Source: Lama guanicoe (Eukaryota). Taken from it: a DNA stretch of 64,000 bases. Position numbers and translations under genes: made by a program. Location of the stretch: the NCBI GenBank assembly GCA_013239625.1, contig MU054187.1, positions 15,516,941 through 15,580,940 on the forward strand, written 5' to 3'. The notes below the pieces were generated by a model. The model had not been told where the DNA came from. It saw only the letters and a list, made by a program, of their open reading frames with translations, and ran no database searches. Positions 13,646-27,282 of the stretch are shown here, in pieces (within the stretch, counting starts at the first letter, position 1; each line of letters opens with the position of its first letter).

Positions 13646-15795
13646 AAAATCACACATTATAAAACTTACGTAATTATATTTAAGATGAAACTCAGTTATT
13701 TATAAAACCTACTAATATCAATGGTTATTTATATAGCTAAAAATCATTTTATAAAGATGCTAAATTCTGAACTGAATGTTAAGGTAGAGAGATTTTTTAC
13801 AAATACTTATTATTTTCAGTAATCAATTTAAGCAATATTTGCCTACATAAGATAAATTAAATTTATTATTGATTAAAAAATAGGATCAATAAAACACAAT
13901 TTATAAAGTCATGTAAATATTTGAAAAATAATTTAGCAGATAAATTATATTACATTCAATGAGAGGAATTCTGTAGCTATGTGCTCATTATGTTAAGGAA
14001 AATTTACTGTTTCATGAAAGAAAGATAAAATTTGTGAAAACTCACTCTTCAATAGGATAAAAACTCAAGGCTTAAAAAAATTAATTTCCAGAAAAGATTT
14101 TCACTATAATTCTGTTGTACAGAATTACACTGAGCTCTGTTCATGAGGCTTCTGATGAATGATCTTTAGGGACAGTGATAAATAGGGCTTTTTGAATGTG
14201 ACCCATTTTCATGTGTTTTAGCTTTCTTTCCTCCTGATGGTAACTCCTTGGCCTTGGAGATTTGGTTCTCCATCCCCTTTTCCACAGACTCTGCCCCACA
14301 GCTTGCCAGTTGGCTCCAGGAGATTTTGAGTCCTGTAGTTCATTAATGCTCATGTTTCCCTGTCATGCAGAACATTGAGCCATTGTTTCGCATGCAGTAC
14401 TGTGAACAGGAATATCTTTCCTCCATCCACTTTTAGACAAGTTTCTCCAGGGGCCGGTAAGGTGATTTCTTACATTAGGAAGAATTTGAGACAATCTATA
14501 ACTCAATTGTTGATAAAGAGCACTAGGACCACACAAAGAAGTTGTGAACTGTCTTGGATGCTCTATTCTGCTGGTCCTCTCCACATTATAAATCAGATTG
14601 GGAACTGAAGCTCAGATTTGTCTGCATTCTTACCATTTTAATTTCACTGAGATCCTCTGGCTATATGTGACTTGTCCATTATGTGAGGGCTAAAAGTTTT
14701 CACATATTACTGTTATTCACATCACACACAATTGGCCACCATGTCCAGGGGCTACACACAACTGCAAAGGAGGCTGAGAAATAAAGACTTGACTTTAAAT
14801 AGCCTGAGCTTAAGTAATAATTCTATTAATTTGAAAGATGGAAATAGATTTGTGGGACAAATACTGCCTTTTATTATACCACCTCAAAATAGCGTCTTAC
14901 AAGGTAGGATGCAACCAGAAGCTACTCTGAGAAAATTCACCTGATTAGGTTTTCTCAGATTTCTGCAGCTTGTAATGAGAAATCCTTTATATGATCAGAC
15001 TGCTGACTTACAGAAAATTTTGTTACAGAGCTGTGTTTTGTCATAATGACATAAGGTAGACATATTTTGAAGAGTTGTTTGACTATAGTGAGGTGGAAGA
15101 GCGGTATATCATCGAAGGAACACAGTTTGGCTAAGGTGAGATACTAGGATGAAACCATTGTCCAGGGACTCCTTTCCTACCTCCTGCCAGCTGTCCTCCA
15201 TCAACCCCCTTCCTTTATGGGTTACAAGGTAATGAGGGAAAAAAATAAATAAATGTGCCTGTTTAACCTAAAACATTTTAAATGGCTTTGTTCATTTTTT
15301 AAACACACTTAAAATTAGAATAACTTGAGACACATCCATAGCACATCCATGTTGTAAAGCAAAGCCGCAAGGCATCTCCAAATTGCCAGGGAACTTCAAC
15401 TTCCCAGAAGTAAATCCAAATCCTGAACCTTCTCTAGGGTTGGGTTATTTAATAACCAACTTATTTACATGTATTTATAAGGCATTGCTTTTCCTCTTGG
15501 GAAGATAATGATAGTTTAGAAGACCAGAAATATAAAGAGCAATGTAAGCGTAATAACAAGACAGAGTGTAAGTTCTTAACAGGAAACAAAGACTGTGATC
15601 TCTGAGTTCAGAGGAGGGAATACTGTCCCTACAGAGTGATCAAAGGAGACTTCATCGAAGAGCTGTTAGAGCCCTGATGCTCCTGATTCTGGAGCAAGTA
15701 AGATCCTGTCTTTGAGGCTAGAAGGCACTACTTTACTTCCCTGGTTTCTTTCAAGGAAACTTTTCAAAAATATTTTCTTTCTTAATCATTTACCT

Positions 15796-16536
15796 CAGGG
15801 TCAGCAAACTCCTGTGTGCTGCCTGTTTTTGTATGACCAGTGAGATAAGAATGTTTTTTATAGATTGTATTAGTCAGCTAGACTAATCTATAGACAAGGT
15901 AGCTTGAAGAACAGAATTTTCTTTTCTCAGATTGCTGGAGACTAGAAGTCCAAGGTCAAAGTGTCGAAGGGTTAGTTTCTGGTGAGGACTCTCCTCCTGG
16001 CTTGCAGATGGCTGCCTTTTTGCTCACATGGTCTTTCCTATGTGCTCACACTTCCCCCCCTTTCCTTACAAGGACACCAGTACTACCAGATTAAGACCCC
16101 ATTCTTATGATCTCATTTAACCTTTCTTATATCCTTATAGACCCTGTCTCCAAATACAGTCACTTTGGGGATTATGGCTTCAATGTATGAATTCTGAGGA
16201 GACAAAATTCAGTACACAAATGACCACAGCTGATAACACAAATGAACATCTACAATCAACTTAGTGATAGGGAACACTGACCTTGGAACCTAATTAAGTA
16301 AAATGTCCTCTGAAGAAGGAATTTTATTCTTTCATTAGTAGACTTTTATTCCAAAAAATGGAAACTGTACTCAATTTTTACTTTTTATATATTTTGAGTT
16401 ATTCAATAAAATTTTCATGAAATTTGTTTTCTCTCTTTTTGTAAAAGAACCTATATTATGTTCTTGATGTTGTCCCTTGGCCTGCAAAACCTTAAATACC
16501 ACCTGTTCTCAACAGAAAAAAGCTCCTCCACCTCCG
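15796..16536 (+). mobile_element. hAT-Charlie non-autonomous DNA transposon (MER58/Cheshire family), interrupted by an MLT1 LTR
   Basis: Left end 'cagggtcagcaaact...gctgcctgtttttgta'; right part 'ttctttcattagtagac...aaatttgttttctctc...cccttggcctgcaaaaccttaaata...acagaaaaaagctcctccacctccg'. Confidence 0.7.
15866..16216 (-). mobile_element. MLT1A/MLT1B MaLR solo LTR nested in the MER58-type element
   Basis: 'tgtattagtc...ctggagactagaagtccaaggtcaaagtgtc...ttctggtgaggactctcctcctggcttgcagatggctgcc...aaggacaccagt...ctccaaatacagtcac...tcaatgtatgaattctgaggagacaaaattcagtaca'. Confidence 0.85.
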
Positions 16537-17184
16537 ATGTAGTCTAAACAAGTTTGATTCATTTCTAGTCTTTAAGCCTTTATCTAAATTATGGACATCT
16601 GCCTAGGAAAATATTTGCTGCTTCTGATCTCTTAAGTTTTTGCTTTAATTTCCTACTTTGCTGTAGCTCTCTCCCCGCAGAGATCCATCTCTTCGCATAA
16701 GCTTGTTTTATAGACTCTCCTGAGCTGTTTTGACATGCATGGCATTAGCTTGTTTAAAGCCCAGTTCTGTTGTAAATGTTTTAGGATTATAAAGGCGTGA
16801 CTTAAAAAAAAATCACAGACTCAATTTATCAAGGGAATTTTCTCATAGTTAGCTTGAGGGGCCCTCAGATTTCTAAATGCCTTCAGTACCAGGAATGTTT
16901 AATCCAGATCTGGGTGCCAGGCGCACATAGGAGAGACTGGAGCAGGCTTTTCTTTCCCACTGCATTCACCTGAATTTTTCTAGACTATTGTAGATTTGCC
17001 ATAATAGAGAGGAGAAGCAGTGCGTTTTGTATACAAATCCAATATTCTGGTTAGTTTTTAGCTCTGAGAAATATCTGAAAAATATATACAGAAAATCCTG
17101 CACAGGAATGTCTCCTGATTTTGTGGAGTATTATACCTTTTCCTTACCAAATATGTTCGAACAATAATAATAGCAAAACAATAA

Positions 17185-17410
17185 TAACAATAACTGAAAT
17201 TTACTTAGCACTTACTGTGTAGTGGTAGTACCTTGTTAATATCTTTATAATGTAAATTCCAATATGATTCCTAATGTGCCAATGAGAAAATTATTCTTAG
17301 AAAGTATGTATAATTGGCCTTAGGCCACACACAGCTACCAGTTGGAAGAACTGTGTCTCAAACCCAGGGCTGTTTGACACCAAATCTGTGTTTCAGCAAC
17401 TCTATATGCT
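17185..17410 (-). mobile_element. MIR SINE
   Basis: 'aataactgaaatttacttagcacttactgtgt...aatgagaaaa...taattggccttaggccacacacagcta...ctcaaacccagggctgtttgacaccaaa'. Confidence 0.65.
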
Positions 17411-17892
17411 TGCCTCCATGTACGTGTTCCATATGAAAACTATGCTAAATAAGAATGAAAGAATCAGTCTTATCATCCGTCTTTGCAGTCATAGAACTAC
17501 GCTTTGACTCGTAGATACAAATTAAAGCCACTGTATACAATGTCTGAACTTAACCAATAGTTAGCGTCAGTTTTGTCACTCCTGAGAAATAGCAAGGAGA
17601 ATATTTTTTCTGCATTATGTCTGTTCAAACCATGTTTCAGTATAATGGAGGAGGCAGTGATGCTGCCTGTGTACCTGACCCACAGTTACTTATCTCACGT
17701 AGCAAAAATACCACAGCCTGTCTGGTCGGGATGGGTTCAGGTATCAGTCAGACCCACCACTTACCAGCAGTGTGAAAGCTTGTAGTTCTATGGTGAGTTT
17801 TATCTCAGAAATCCATTAAAAAAAGAAATCTGACCTCTGTTGGGCTTCCTGGATGTTCCTGAATATCTGGTGGTGGGAAGGCCCAATTACTT

Positions 17893-18125
17893 ATTTTTTC
17901 CTATTTTTAAAAATCTATGTATTTATTTTACAGTATTCTTAAAATTGAAGTATAGCTGATGTACAGTATTATATGTTCCAGCTATATAATATAGTGATTC
18001 ACAATTTTGAAGGGTTATACTCCATTTATAGTTATTATAAAATATTGGCTACATTCCCTATGTTGTACAATACATCCTTGTAGCTTATTTTATACCTGAC
18101 AGTTTGTACCTCTTAATCCTCCACC
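17893..18125 (-). mobile_element. 5'-truncated cetartiodactyl-type L1 3' end with 11-bp TSD
   Basis: 'aattgaagtatagctgatgtacagtattatatg...ggttatactccatttatagttattataaaatattggctacattccctatgttgtacaatacatccttgtagcttatttt'; direct repeat CCCAATTACTT at 17882-17892 and 18126-18136. Confidence 0.85.
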
Positions 18126-18439
18126 CCCAATTACTTTTTGAGCAGCAAACAGCTCACACCTGATACAAATCAGTGAATGAAATATAATCTATCAGGGAAT
18201 GGGTATGCCTCACTTCTCATCAACCAGTTCATGCTCATCCAACTGTCTGTTACATAAGTATAAAGAAAATATTTTAATGAATGCTTAAACTATTATTATG
18301 AGCCTGCAAACAATAAAAAAAGACAAGTAGTGGCTGGTATCACTGATTATGATTTTTCGCTCTAATTATTGGGAAAACAGAAGTATTTTTAACTGTTATG
18401 TAACTCTTCTGTGCTTAGAAACAAGTGAATATACTGCTG

Positions 18440-19650
18440 TTTAAGGTTGGCTAGATGAACTCATGCACTTATGTCTTCCTTCTCCCAAAATGTCAATACA
18501 AGGATAATAAATTATTTTTAATGAACTAACTGGGAAAAAAAAAAGACTAATGTAAAGAAAGTATGAAAGCTTGAAAATGTTAACTTACTAACTAACTAGC
18601 AGACCCTTAGAAGCTGCCAGACATTTAACATCCAGGCAGAAGACCTGAAGGTATTTTTCTTTTTTGAGAAATTTAACCAGAACAAAAGCCAAATGAAAAC
18701 AAACAAAAATAAATCCAAAAGTTATCATTTAGGAGATGCTCCAAAGCATCAGCCAACTAGGTTATCCTACAGCGGAATTCAAGTCAATAGTTAAGTCCTA
18801 TAAACTTACACAAAGCTTCTAAATAGCTTACAAAAACTGTCATCTTAAATCTAAGCAAGTAATTACAGGTCATCAAACACTTAAGGAACATCTCTTATAT
18901 GAGAAGAAAATAATAAAAACAACAAACTTAGAAGAAACAGAAAACATGTGAGGAATGGAAACAAAAGTGAAAAAAAATTCTCAGGTATATAAGAAAAAAC
19001 TACATTCACAGAAAACATTGAAGATGTGATAGAAAAAAAAAGGGAACAAATACTTAGGGGAGAAGAAAGAGGACAACATAATAACAAAAAAGAGATGGCA
19101 GGCAATGTTGGGGAAATATATAAAATAGATAAAATTGAAAAATGAGCAAAAATAGAAAATACAAGGACATTAAAAGAAGGAAGACTCTAGTTAGAGAAAA
19201 CATAATAAACCATAGAAAAGGAAAAATAATTATGAGTTACCTGTGAAATGTACTTTTAACTAAAATATGCATGTTATGTGCACAATATACATTAAAATCC
19301 AGATATAACCAAAGTTCTGATGGAGTGCTGTTAGGAGGAAGGGAGAATAAGAAGTATGTGTGGAAGAGGCAGGGTGCAGAGGGGTGAAAGAAAATTAAAC
19401 CCTTGTCTTCCATAGGAAATGCAATATAAATATTAAAGTTGCAAGACATAGCAACTGAAATCAATTATTTGTTATTAAAAATATGGAGGAAATTACCAAA
19501 AGAAGTAGCAAAAGAGTTGAAATGAATTGCCATTTCAGAGTGAGTAAATGGAGGGGTAGATAGTACACTGCTTTTTTCATTTCAAGACTTGTAAAACTAT
19601 ATGATTCTGTAAATTATGTTCATATATCACCTAGATAAAAGTAAAAATTA
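18440..19650 (+). mobile_element. Highly decayed L1/HAL1-like fragments (5' region to 3' end)
   Basis: Strong A-skew on + strand; ends 'tgctttttcatttcaagacttgtaaaactatatgattctgtaaattatg...gataaaagtaaaaa' like old L1ME/HAL1 ends. Confidence 0.4.
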
Positions 19651-19659
19651 TATTAGAAA

Positions 19660-20150
19660 CATGGGCACTTTATTGAACTACTGTAGCCAGTATGGGCTCT
19701 CTGTGCTCTCTTGTGAGTACTCTGTAGTAAAAATAAACCAACAGCATCAACTCTGTCCAAGAGTTAAGGTGATTTTTAGTTGCGTTTTATTGAATCTATC
19801 CAAGTTCACTTCCATTTCCATCTGAAATTGAGAACATAAAAGAGAGAAACCTAATCTAATTTGAAAATCAAGGAGGACATTTCTAAGGCATATATAATTT
19901 ATTTTGGTCCTGAAGAATAAGAAATACTAAGCTGCAAAGAGGGAGGGGATAGCATGTGAAAAGAACTGAAGAGAAAGAACCTTGACCTTGAACTGAGCGG
20001 CTAGTGGGTTAAGGGGGTGGCAGTGAGGTGGAGTCAGGGCTGCTGGGGTGTAGGGACCACAGGGCCCAATGGCTCTTGATGACTCTGGAGAGAGAGCAGG
20101 AGCAGGCTCATTTAAGGCCTTGGGAGTCATGTTAAGGATTTAATTTGAGA
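19660..20150 (-). mobile_element. L2 LINE fragment
   Basis: 'tttattgaactactgtagccag...aatcaaggaggacatttcta...agcaggagcaggctcatttaaggccttgggagtcatgttaaggattt'. Confidence 0.5.
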
Positions 20151-21555
20151 AAGTTTTAGATTTTCTATAAGAAGAAAAAAATTGGTGTAACCAAGTAAGA
20201 TACAGGTTAGAAAAAGAGAAAGAAGGAAAGAATAAAGGAGTGAAAGAAACAAATTAATTATTAATACCAAAGTAAAAAAAATGAATCACAGAAAAGGAAA
20301 AATTATTATAACATTATTTATGATTTAGCTATGAAGTACATTTTATGGTCATAATAATGTAAGCAAAATTCTGATACTACTCAATTGGGAGGAGACTGGA
20401 AAAGGACGGGCAGTGCTGTTTAAATAGTGAAGTAATATTTCCACTGTTTCCCTGTGTGAGTTTCTTGAGAAAGGAGGAGGGAAGCTGGAAAACTTGAAAA
20501 GAAAGCTCAGGATAAAATTTATTTGAATGCATGCATAAAAGCCCTAAATGGCATGATATAAAATTCTGAGGGAAAATTCTTATCACAAAGCGAATAACCA
20601 TTGTTAGTCTATGAAATATGCTGCTTTCTTACAACCTTTTCATTGTCCTGTTTTCTACATACTACATTTACGAAAATGGTATCAAAAGTAGGAGCAAATC
20701 TTCTCTAGGAAAGCAAGCTGACTGACAAGGTAAGAGAAATTTCCTTAGTTATCAGACATTAGCCTTGGGCTCTTATGCAGAAAATTAGGTTTATTTAGAA
20801 AGATATTTAAGAATAAATTCATTTTTGTATTTCCAGTCTGGTTGGAAGGTTTTATATTAATTTTAAAAGTTCACTTAGAATGGTTTTGAAGAGCCTGTTC
20901 TCTACAAATGTCTGTTTTGATCCAGTATTAAAAGGCATGTCTGCCCACGTGATGCAGCTTGGAATAGGTATTTAAATATAACACAAGAAGGTTAAAAATA
21001 TCTGATAGGTTTTCTGTGTCAAATCTTTTAGGTCCAACTGACCAATGCAGTGGCTCAAAAATCTATGTCAAATAATGAAGAATACTTTAAAAATACTTTT
21101 TAATTGACAATGATGATTTTAAGGGCTTTTTTCAATAAAGAAAAATGACAAATGGAAAATATCAGAAATGAGTAGACGGAATATAGATGGAATAATAAAA
21201 GCAGCCAAAAACACTGCTACAGTTTAGCCAAACTTGTCTTATGAAACTGTCACTGAAGAAGTAAACTCATACCAGCAACCTGTTCCAGGAAACTCTTAGA
21301 GCATGCTTTAAACAGTCTAGTCCACTTTAGGAAATGCAAAAAACTAATGTCACATTCATACAAGATTTACCTGAGAGAATCTGGAGTTTCTGATGTAAAT
21401 CCCTGGCATAGGAGGAAAAAGTACTCCCTGAGATTAATAATTATTGTGACTTTGGATTAAATTCTGGACATCACACAAGTGTATGCTTTGTTGTGTGGAA
21501 TGAGAAAGAAATAAAAAAAGAGAAAGTGAGAAAACCAGAGTGTGAGAAAATGAGA

Positions 21556-21595
21556 GGAAGGAAGGAAGGAAGGAAGGAAGGAAGGAAGGAAGGAA
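21556..21595. repeat. (GGAA)10 microsatellite in a purine-rich tract
   Basis: Perfect GGAA tandem seen directly. Confidence 0.95.
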
Positions 21596-22479
21596 ATGGG
21601 AGAGAGAGAAGGAGAAAAGAGAAGAGAGAATAATGGTGAGCCTAAGGAATCGGGGACATCTGCCAATCCCAGACATTTCCCCCAAAATCCGTGCTGTACC
21701 ACCCCTTGTCTGACAAAGGAAATTTAGAGCAGTTTTATAATGGAGATGTAGCCTTGTGTCACGGGCCACATTGCAGAGAAGATTAGCCTGGTTTTCCTAT
21801 CTCAGTACATTATTTATAATTCAGAGACAGAGACCATGAAGCAAAACCCTAAAGGGATATGGAAGCCTGTTGCTAAGAGAGAAAGTGAATACCGGGCCCA
21901 AATTATGCAATGATGATCAGGCACTATTCCTGGTGTTAGTTACTTACTGGTTCCCTCTAAATAAAATTAATGGATAGACAACCGTGATCTTAAAGGACTT
22001 GCATGGGTTCTTACTGTGCCTGATTTCAAAAGCAAGGGAGGAGTCTACGTTTGTCCAAGCCGTGAGGCAATTAAGAGATGGGCTGCTCATTTTGCAAGTT
22101 ACAACTCAGAGACCACTTGTCAACATAAGCACCTGTAATGAGCAGGACCTATCACAAGCAGAGTGATTGACAGGAAGGTCTTTCCAATTCCAAAGAACAA
22201 GTTCTTACTGGCCCTGTCCAGTGGGACGTGGCATATATCATGGTTTGGTGACTACTTCATGTTAATTCCCCTTTTTGCTTTTACTAAAATGGAAAGTTTG
22301 TTTTTCCTTTAATTTTGTCTTCAACATCATTTGATTTCAGGCACTTCAAGTATGTTAAGAGTAAATATAGTTTGCCTTTAATTACAGAAGATGTAGAATC
22401 ACAGGCAAGTATAATAGTAGTTGATGAAAATGAGTATTATTAAGAAATCTGGAGCTTGGAGCTGCAGGGAACAGATAGT

Positions 22480-22950
22480 TACAAATCTCGGTTGCTATAC
22501 TTTTCCTTGTTAATAAAATATGAATTTTGTATAAGGTGGCAATGTGCCCAGCTAGAAAACTTTCTAACTTTATAGACTTTGTCATCCATGTGTTACAGTT
22601 TTTGGCCAATAAAATGTAAGCTGAAATTTGATAGCTATTTCCATGAAAATTTTGCTTTTCGAGTATTTATTTCACCCTCCCATTTTTCACTTCTTAATTC
22701 TTTCTAATAGCATTTTGGTTGTGAGGTTGTAAAAGCCAGTTTACAGGTTCAAAAGACCCAAGTTACAGACACATTAGAAGGAGAGTCACATATTGAAGAT
22801 GGTAAAGAGAAATATGGAAGGAGCAGAGGACACACACATCATGAAGCTGTTATATTAGCCCTAAATTGTTGAACTCTGGATTCTCTACTGTGTGAGAAAG
22901 AGTAACCCACCGTTATTTGGATAAACCACTACTGGGTTTTGTCAATTCAG
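22480..22950 (+). mobile_element. MLT1J-like MaLR LTR remnant
   Basis: 'ggtggcaatgtgcccagcta...catgtgttacagtttttggccaataaaatgtaagctgaa...cacatattgaagatggtaaagagaaatatggaaggagc...tgtgagaaagagtaacc'. Confidence 0.5.
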
Positions 22951-23149
22951 GGAACTTACTGGAATTATGAGAAATGTTTTTCTTTATAATTGTAAAGAAA
23001 GTTCAAGAAGTGCAAACACAGATTTGAGACTGTTATTGCCATTTTGATTTTAGAACAATCTAAGGTAATTAAATGTGAAGTATTTTGGGGAGGTTATTAC
23101 TCTGTGCCCCCATAACAAACACAGATGAAAAGATGAGTACCAAAGTTGC

Positions 23150-23620
23150 ACGGTTTATAAAATGATAGCAAATATGTTGAATATTATTTTTAGACTACTA
23201 ACTACATGAGAGAAAACTCCATTTCTGGCCGTAATGATGTAACTGAGATTGGAATTAGCTTTTTCTGTAAGTAGAAACTTGAAAAAATACAGAATTAAAT
23301 TGTTTTCAGACATTGGACAAAAACAGCACAAGAACAAGATCTATATATAATAAAAGTAAACAAGGTAAACCCTACAGTTGCTCTAAATTTCTGGGTAGAG
23401 GAACTTTCCACACTGCAATACACGAAGGGATATCACAAAAAGGTCATGACAGTTTTACCAACATTGAAAAAAAAAATCTGAAAGACATATATACCTGATT
23501 TCAAGACTTTTTATAAAACTGTTGCAATTAATTGTGTGGTATTGGTGTAAGGATACATCAGTGGATCATTAGAACCAAACACAGAGTTCAGAAATAGACC
23601 AAAACACAAACATTCAATTA
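23150..23620 (+). mobile_element. Old L1 fragments including a decayed ORF2 piece
   Basis: 23490-23600 'tacctgatttcaagactttttataaaactgttgcaattaattgtgtggtattgg...cagagttcagaaatagacc' corresponds to ORF2 'PDFKTYYKATVIKTVWYW...ESPEIDP'. Confidence 0.55.
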
Positions 23621-23629
23621 AGTTTTTTA

Positions 23630-23810
23630 AAGAATGCCTTCATTCTTGAAGAATCCTTTCATTGCATAAAGAATTTTGAATAATATTTATTTTATTTCAG
23701 CACTTTAAAGGTGTTGCTCCACTGTCTTCCAGCCTTTATAATTTCTGATGATTTCTGATCGGCAGTTTGCTAGTATTCAATTTGTTGTTCCTCTTTGTAA
23801 TGTGTGTCTA
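23630..23810 (-). mobile_element. Old L1 ORF1-end fragment
   Basis: 'ttcattcttgaagaat...ttttatttcagcactttaaaggtgttgctccactgtcttccagcct' is typical antisense L1M ORF1 sequence. Confidence 0.45.
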
Positions 23811-25910
23811 AAGGAAAAAAATCCAGGGAAACGTCTGCTTCCTTTTTTTATGTTTGAGACATACTAAAGTTGTGCTCCTGTTGAAAAATTCTTATATCTT
23901 ACATTTTGAAAGGAAGTAGCAAATACGTTCACCTGTAAAGCTTGAGAATTTTTCTGAATTCCTTAATTTAACTGAAATGTGAAGATTGGCAATATGAATT
24001 CTATGACGTGCAGAAGAGGCCAAAAAATTGTGTGTTAACTCCATGTTGACTGATAAACCAAACTTTCCACTGACTTGCTGCTCCCTTGGTCCCACCTGGT
24101 TTGCAGTTTTGTTTGGGTCTTTCTCCTCTCTCAAATATCCAGCTCAGTGCCTCTTGATAGTGCCAGTGACTCTCCAGCCAAACATAACCTGTTCCTTGCC
24201 AGGCGTTGTTCTGCTATCACAGGCTATGCTCCAGAAAACCAAATTCGTTCTTCAACACCATAAATATAGCTGACCATTCATTTTTCACATCTTCCTTCCT
24301 TTCTTCAAAATTACACTCTGGAGGAGGAGATACAAATACACAGTGAAATTAAATTAAAATTGAAAATCAAAGTCAAAATACATTTCTTACTCAGCTGTTT
24401 AAATATTTTATCTATCCATTCCTTTTTTTTCTTTCTTTTGTTTGTTTTGTTTTACTGTTCATTTTATAGATATGTCAGGCTTCTTGCTGCATTTTGCTCT
24501 GTGTCTCTTGAAAAGAGTCACCTTCACTGACAGTGCTCCATCAGAAAGTAGATGATATTCTTTCAGAGATATTTTAAAAGAGATTTCTACCCTAATGAAG
24601 AGTTAGATTTAATATCTCCAAGATCACTTTCAGCTCCAATGCCCAAAGATATACTCAGCAATGTTACCACACCACATTGGAAAGGAACTATTATTTTTAC
24701 TTAATTATGTATTTTAGAAGCAGTAAGTCTTTTCAATACATAGAAATTATTCAAAGAGTGATGCATCTTTTCATACTATTCTAAAAATCACAGAATTAAA
24801 GGAACCTAGGTTAATAATAAGGGGCTGATTTATAGCTTTACTACACAAGAAGTCTGCCATTAACCTAACAGAGGCTCCACACAGAAAAATAATTCTGTAG
24901 TGGAAGAGGCCAAAGGGAAAGTTATCCCTATTCTGGAAGAGAACCCCATTATGTGTGATTTGATGATATTAATGCTATTTTCTTTCCTTTGCAGTATTGT
25001 AAAACCTAAACATTTTAATGGCATTCATTTTCTTGCCTGGAAGAGAAAGATTACATTACTCTAAGCTTTCTGTAAATTTTAGAGCATATGTTATATAGTA
25101 ATTTGATTCTTAGACTTTACTGAGTTTAGGGAGCTTCAGTCCTTTGATCAGAAGCTGTGAAGCGAGAGCCACTCGGGGCTCCAGATCCTGTCTGCCAACC
25201 ACTGGACTTCATGATAGTTCATGCTGCCAAGTGGACAGAGACCAATTATTTTCTGGTTCCCAATTTCTGAGTCCTGCACTGTAGGTTAGACCAGCCCATA
25301 AAGTTGACTTTGTGTATACAGTACTCTGAAATGGCATAATCAACACATTTTTCTTCCTGCACATGGCAGCAGAAGAGAAGAACATGCTCTATTAATTGAT
25401 CTGCTGAAACCTTGGTCCACAGGGAAATAAATCTTTCAACCCTTGAGTTAGAAGGGCTGTAGTTTTCCTAGGGCGGTGCAGATCTTTCAATTTGCTTTTC
25501 TGTGTAAAGCTGAACCTTAGTTTTCAGTACTCCCATAAACTCAGGAACACTAGAAATCATTCTTATCTACCTACTGTTTTAATTACCATTCTACTTTCAA
25601 AAATTAGATTCTCCTATTTTGCATGCCCAGAATGCGTATCTACAACAATGATCTCCTTTAGAAAATCAGTAAAAGTAGAACAAATTAAGGATATGTGCCT
25701 CTTCTTTAGACTTAACCAACACACCAATTATTCTACCATTTCTATTATTGAAGAATAATTGAAAATCAGATTACCAATAAAATTTAAAAGACGCCTATGG
25801 CATACTGAATTATTGTGTCTTTTACTAAAGCTCAAGTCTTCCACTCAGTGAATCACCTTAATGCCCTATTCAGAAACTCATCTACCTTAATGACCTATAG
25901 TTTTTAACCA

Positions 25911-27281
25911 TTTTTTTAATGAAGTATAGTCAATTTACAATGTTGTGTTAGTTTCAGGTGTAAATAAGTTCATTTCTATCTTTTTTTAGATTCCACATAT
26001 AAGTGATATCGTATAATATATGTCTTTCTATAAATGGCATTATTTCATTTTTATGGCTGAGTAGTATTCCATTATATATATATTCCTATATATATACACC
26101 ACTTTATATACATATGTACACATACCTACCACATCTTTATCCATTCATTTATTGATGGACATTTAGACTGCTTCTGTGTCTTGCTTATTGTAAATAGTAT
26201 TGCTATGAATATTGTGGTGCATGTGTTTTTTTGAATTAGAATTTTCTCTGGATACCTTTAGATAGCATTGTTCACAAATATTTCCTCCCATTCTGTAGGT
26301 TGTCTTTTGTCTTTTGTTTATGATTTCCTTTGTTGTGCAAAAGCGTTTAAGTTTAATTAGGTCCCATTTGTTTATTTTTGGTTTTGTTTCCATTACCCTA
26401 GGAGGTGATTCCAAAAAAAAATTGCTGCAATTTATGTCGAAGAATGTTCTACCTACCTTTTCCTCTAGTTTTATAGTATCCAGTCTTAAATTTAGGTCTT
26501 TAGTCCATTTTGAGTTTATTTTTGTATATGGTGTTAGAGAATGTTCTAATTTCATTCTTTTACATGTAGCTGTTCAATTTTCCCAGCACCACTCATTGAA
26601 GAGACTGTCTTTTCTCCATCGTATATTCTTGCCTCCTTTGTCATAGATTAATTGACCATAGGTGAGTTTATTTCTAGGATTTCTATTTTGTTCCATTGAC
26701 TTATGTCTGTTTTTGTGCCAGTACCTGTTTTGTTTACTGTAGCTTTGTATTATAGTTTCACGTCAGGGAGCATGATTCCTCCACCTCTGTTCTTCTTTCT
26801 CAAGATTGTTTTGTCTATTTGGGGTCTTTTGTGTTTCCATACCAATTAAAAATTTTTATTCTAGGTCTGTGAATAAAATAACGATAATTTGATAGGGATT
26901 GCATCAAATCTGTAGTTTGCCTTGGATAGTAGGGTCATTTTAACAATATTAATTTTTCCAATCCAAGAACACAGTATGTCTTTCCATCTGTGTGTGTCAT
27001 CTTTAATTTCTTTTATCAATGTCTTACAGTTTTCAGAGTATAAGTCTTTTACCTCCTTAGGTAGGTTTATTCCTAGGTATTTTATTCTTCTTGATGTGAT
27101 GGTAAATGGGATTGTTTCATTAATTTCTCTTTCTGATAGTTCATTGTTAGTGTATAGAAATGCAACAGATTTCTGAATATTAATTTTGTACCCTGCAGCT
27201 TTACAAAAATCATTGATGAGTTCTAGTAGTTTTCTGGTAGTGTCTTGAGGATTTTCTGTGTATAGTATCATGTCATCTGCA
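25911..27281 (-). mobile_element. L1 retrotransposon, 3' segment (RT C-terminal part of ORF2 to 3' UTR/polyA), degenerate with internal deletions
   Basis: Minus-strand ORFs 26861-27271 (MILYTENP...[18 protein letters not shown]...IKYLGINL...[18 protein letters not shown]) and 26163-26555 ([16 protein letters not shown]...[14 protein letters not shown]) are L1 ORF2; T-tail and 'gaagtatagtcaatttacaatgttgtgttagtttcaggtgta' 3' end at 25911. Confidence 0.95.
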
Positions 27282-27282
27282 C

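Noticed and set aside
21371..21402. 32-nt minus-strand exon-like unit (tttttcctcctatgccag|...CAG|gtaaat)
   Set aside because: Isolated, frame-shifting, no partner exons or known peptide.
21434..21769. 111-aa and 81-aa ORFs with LPSF repeats
   Set aside because: Produced by the (GGAA)10 microsatellite and purine tract.
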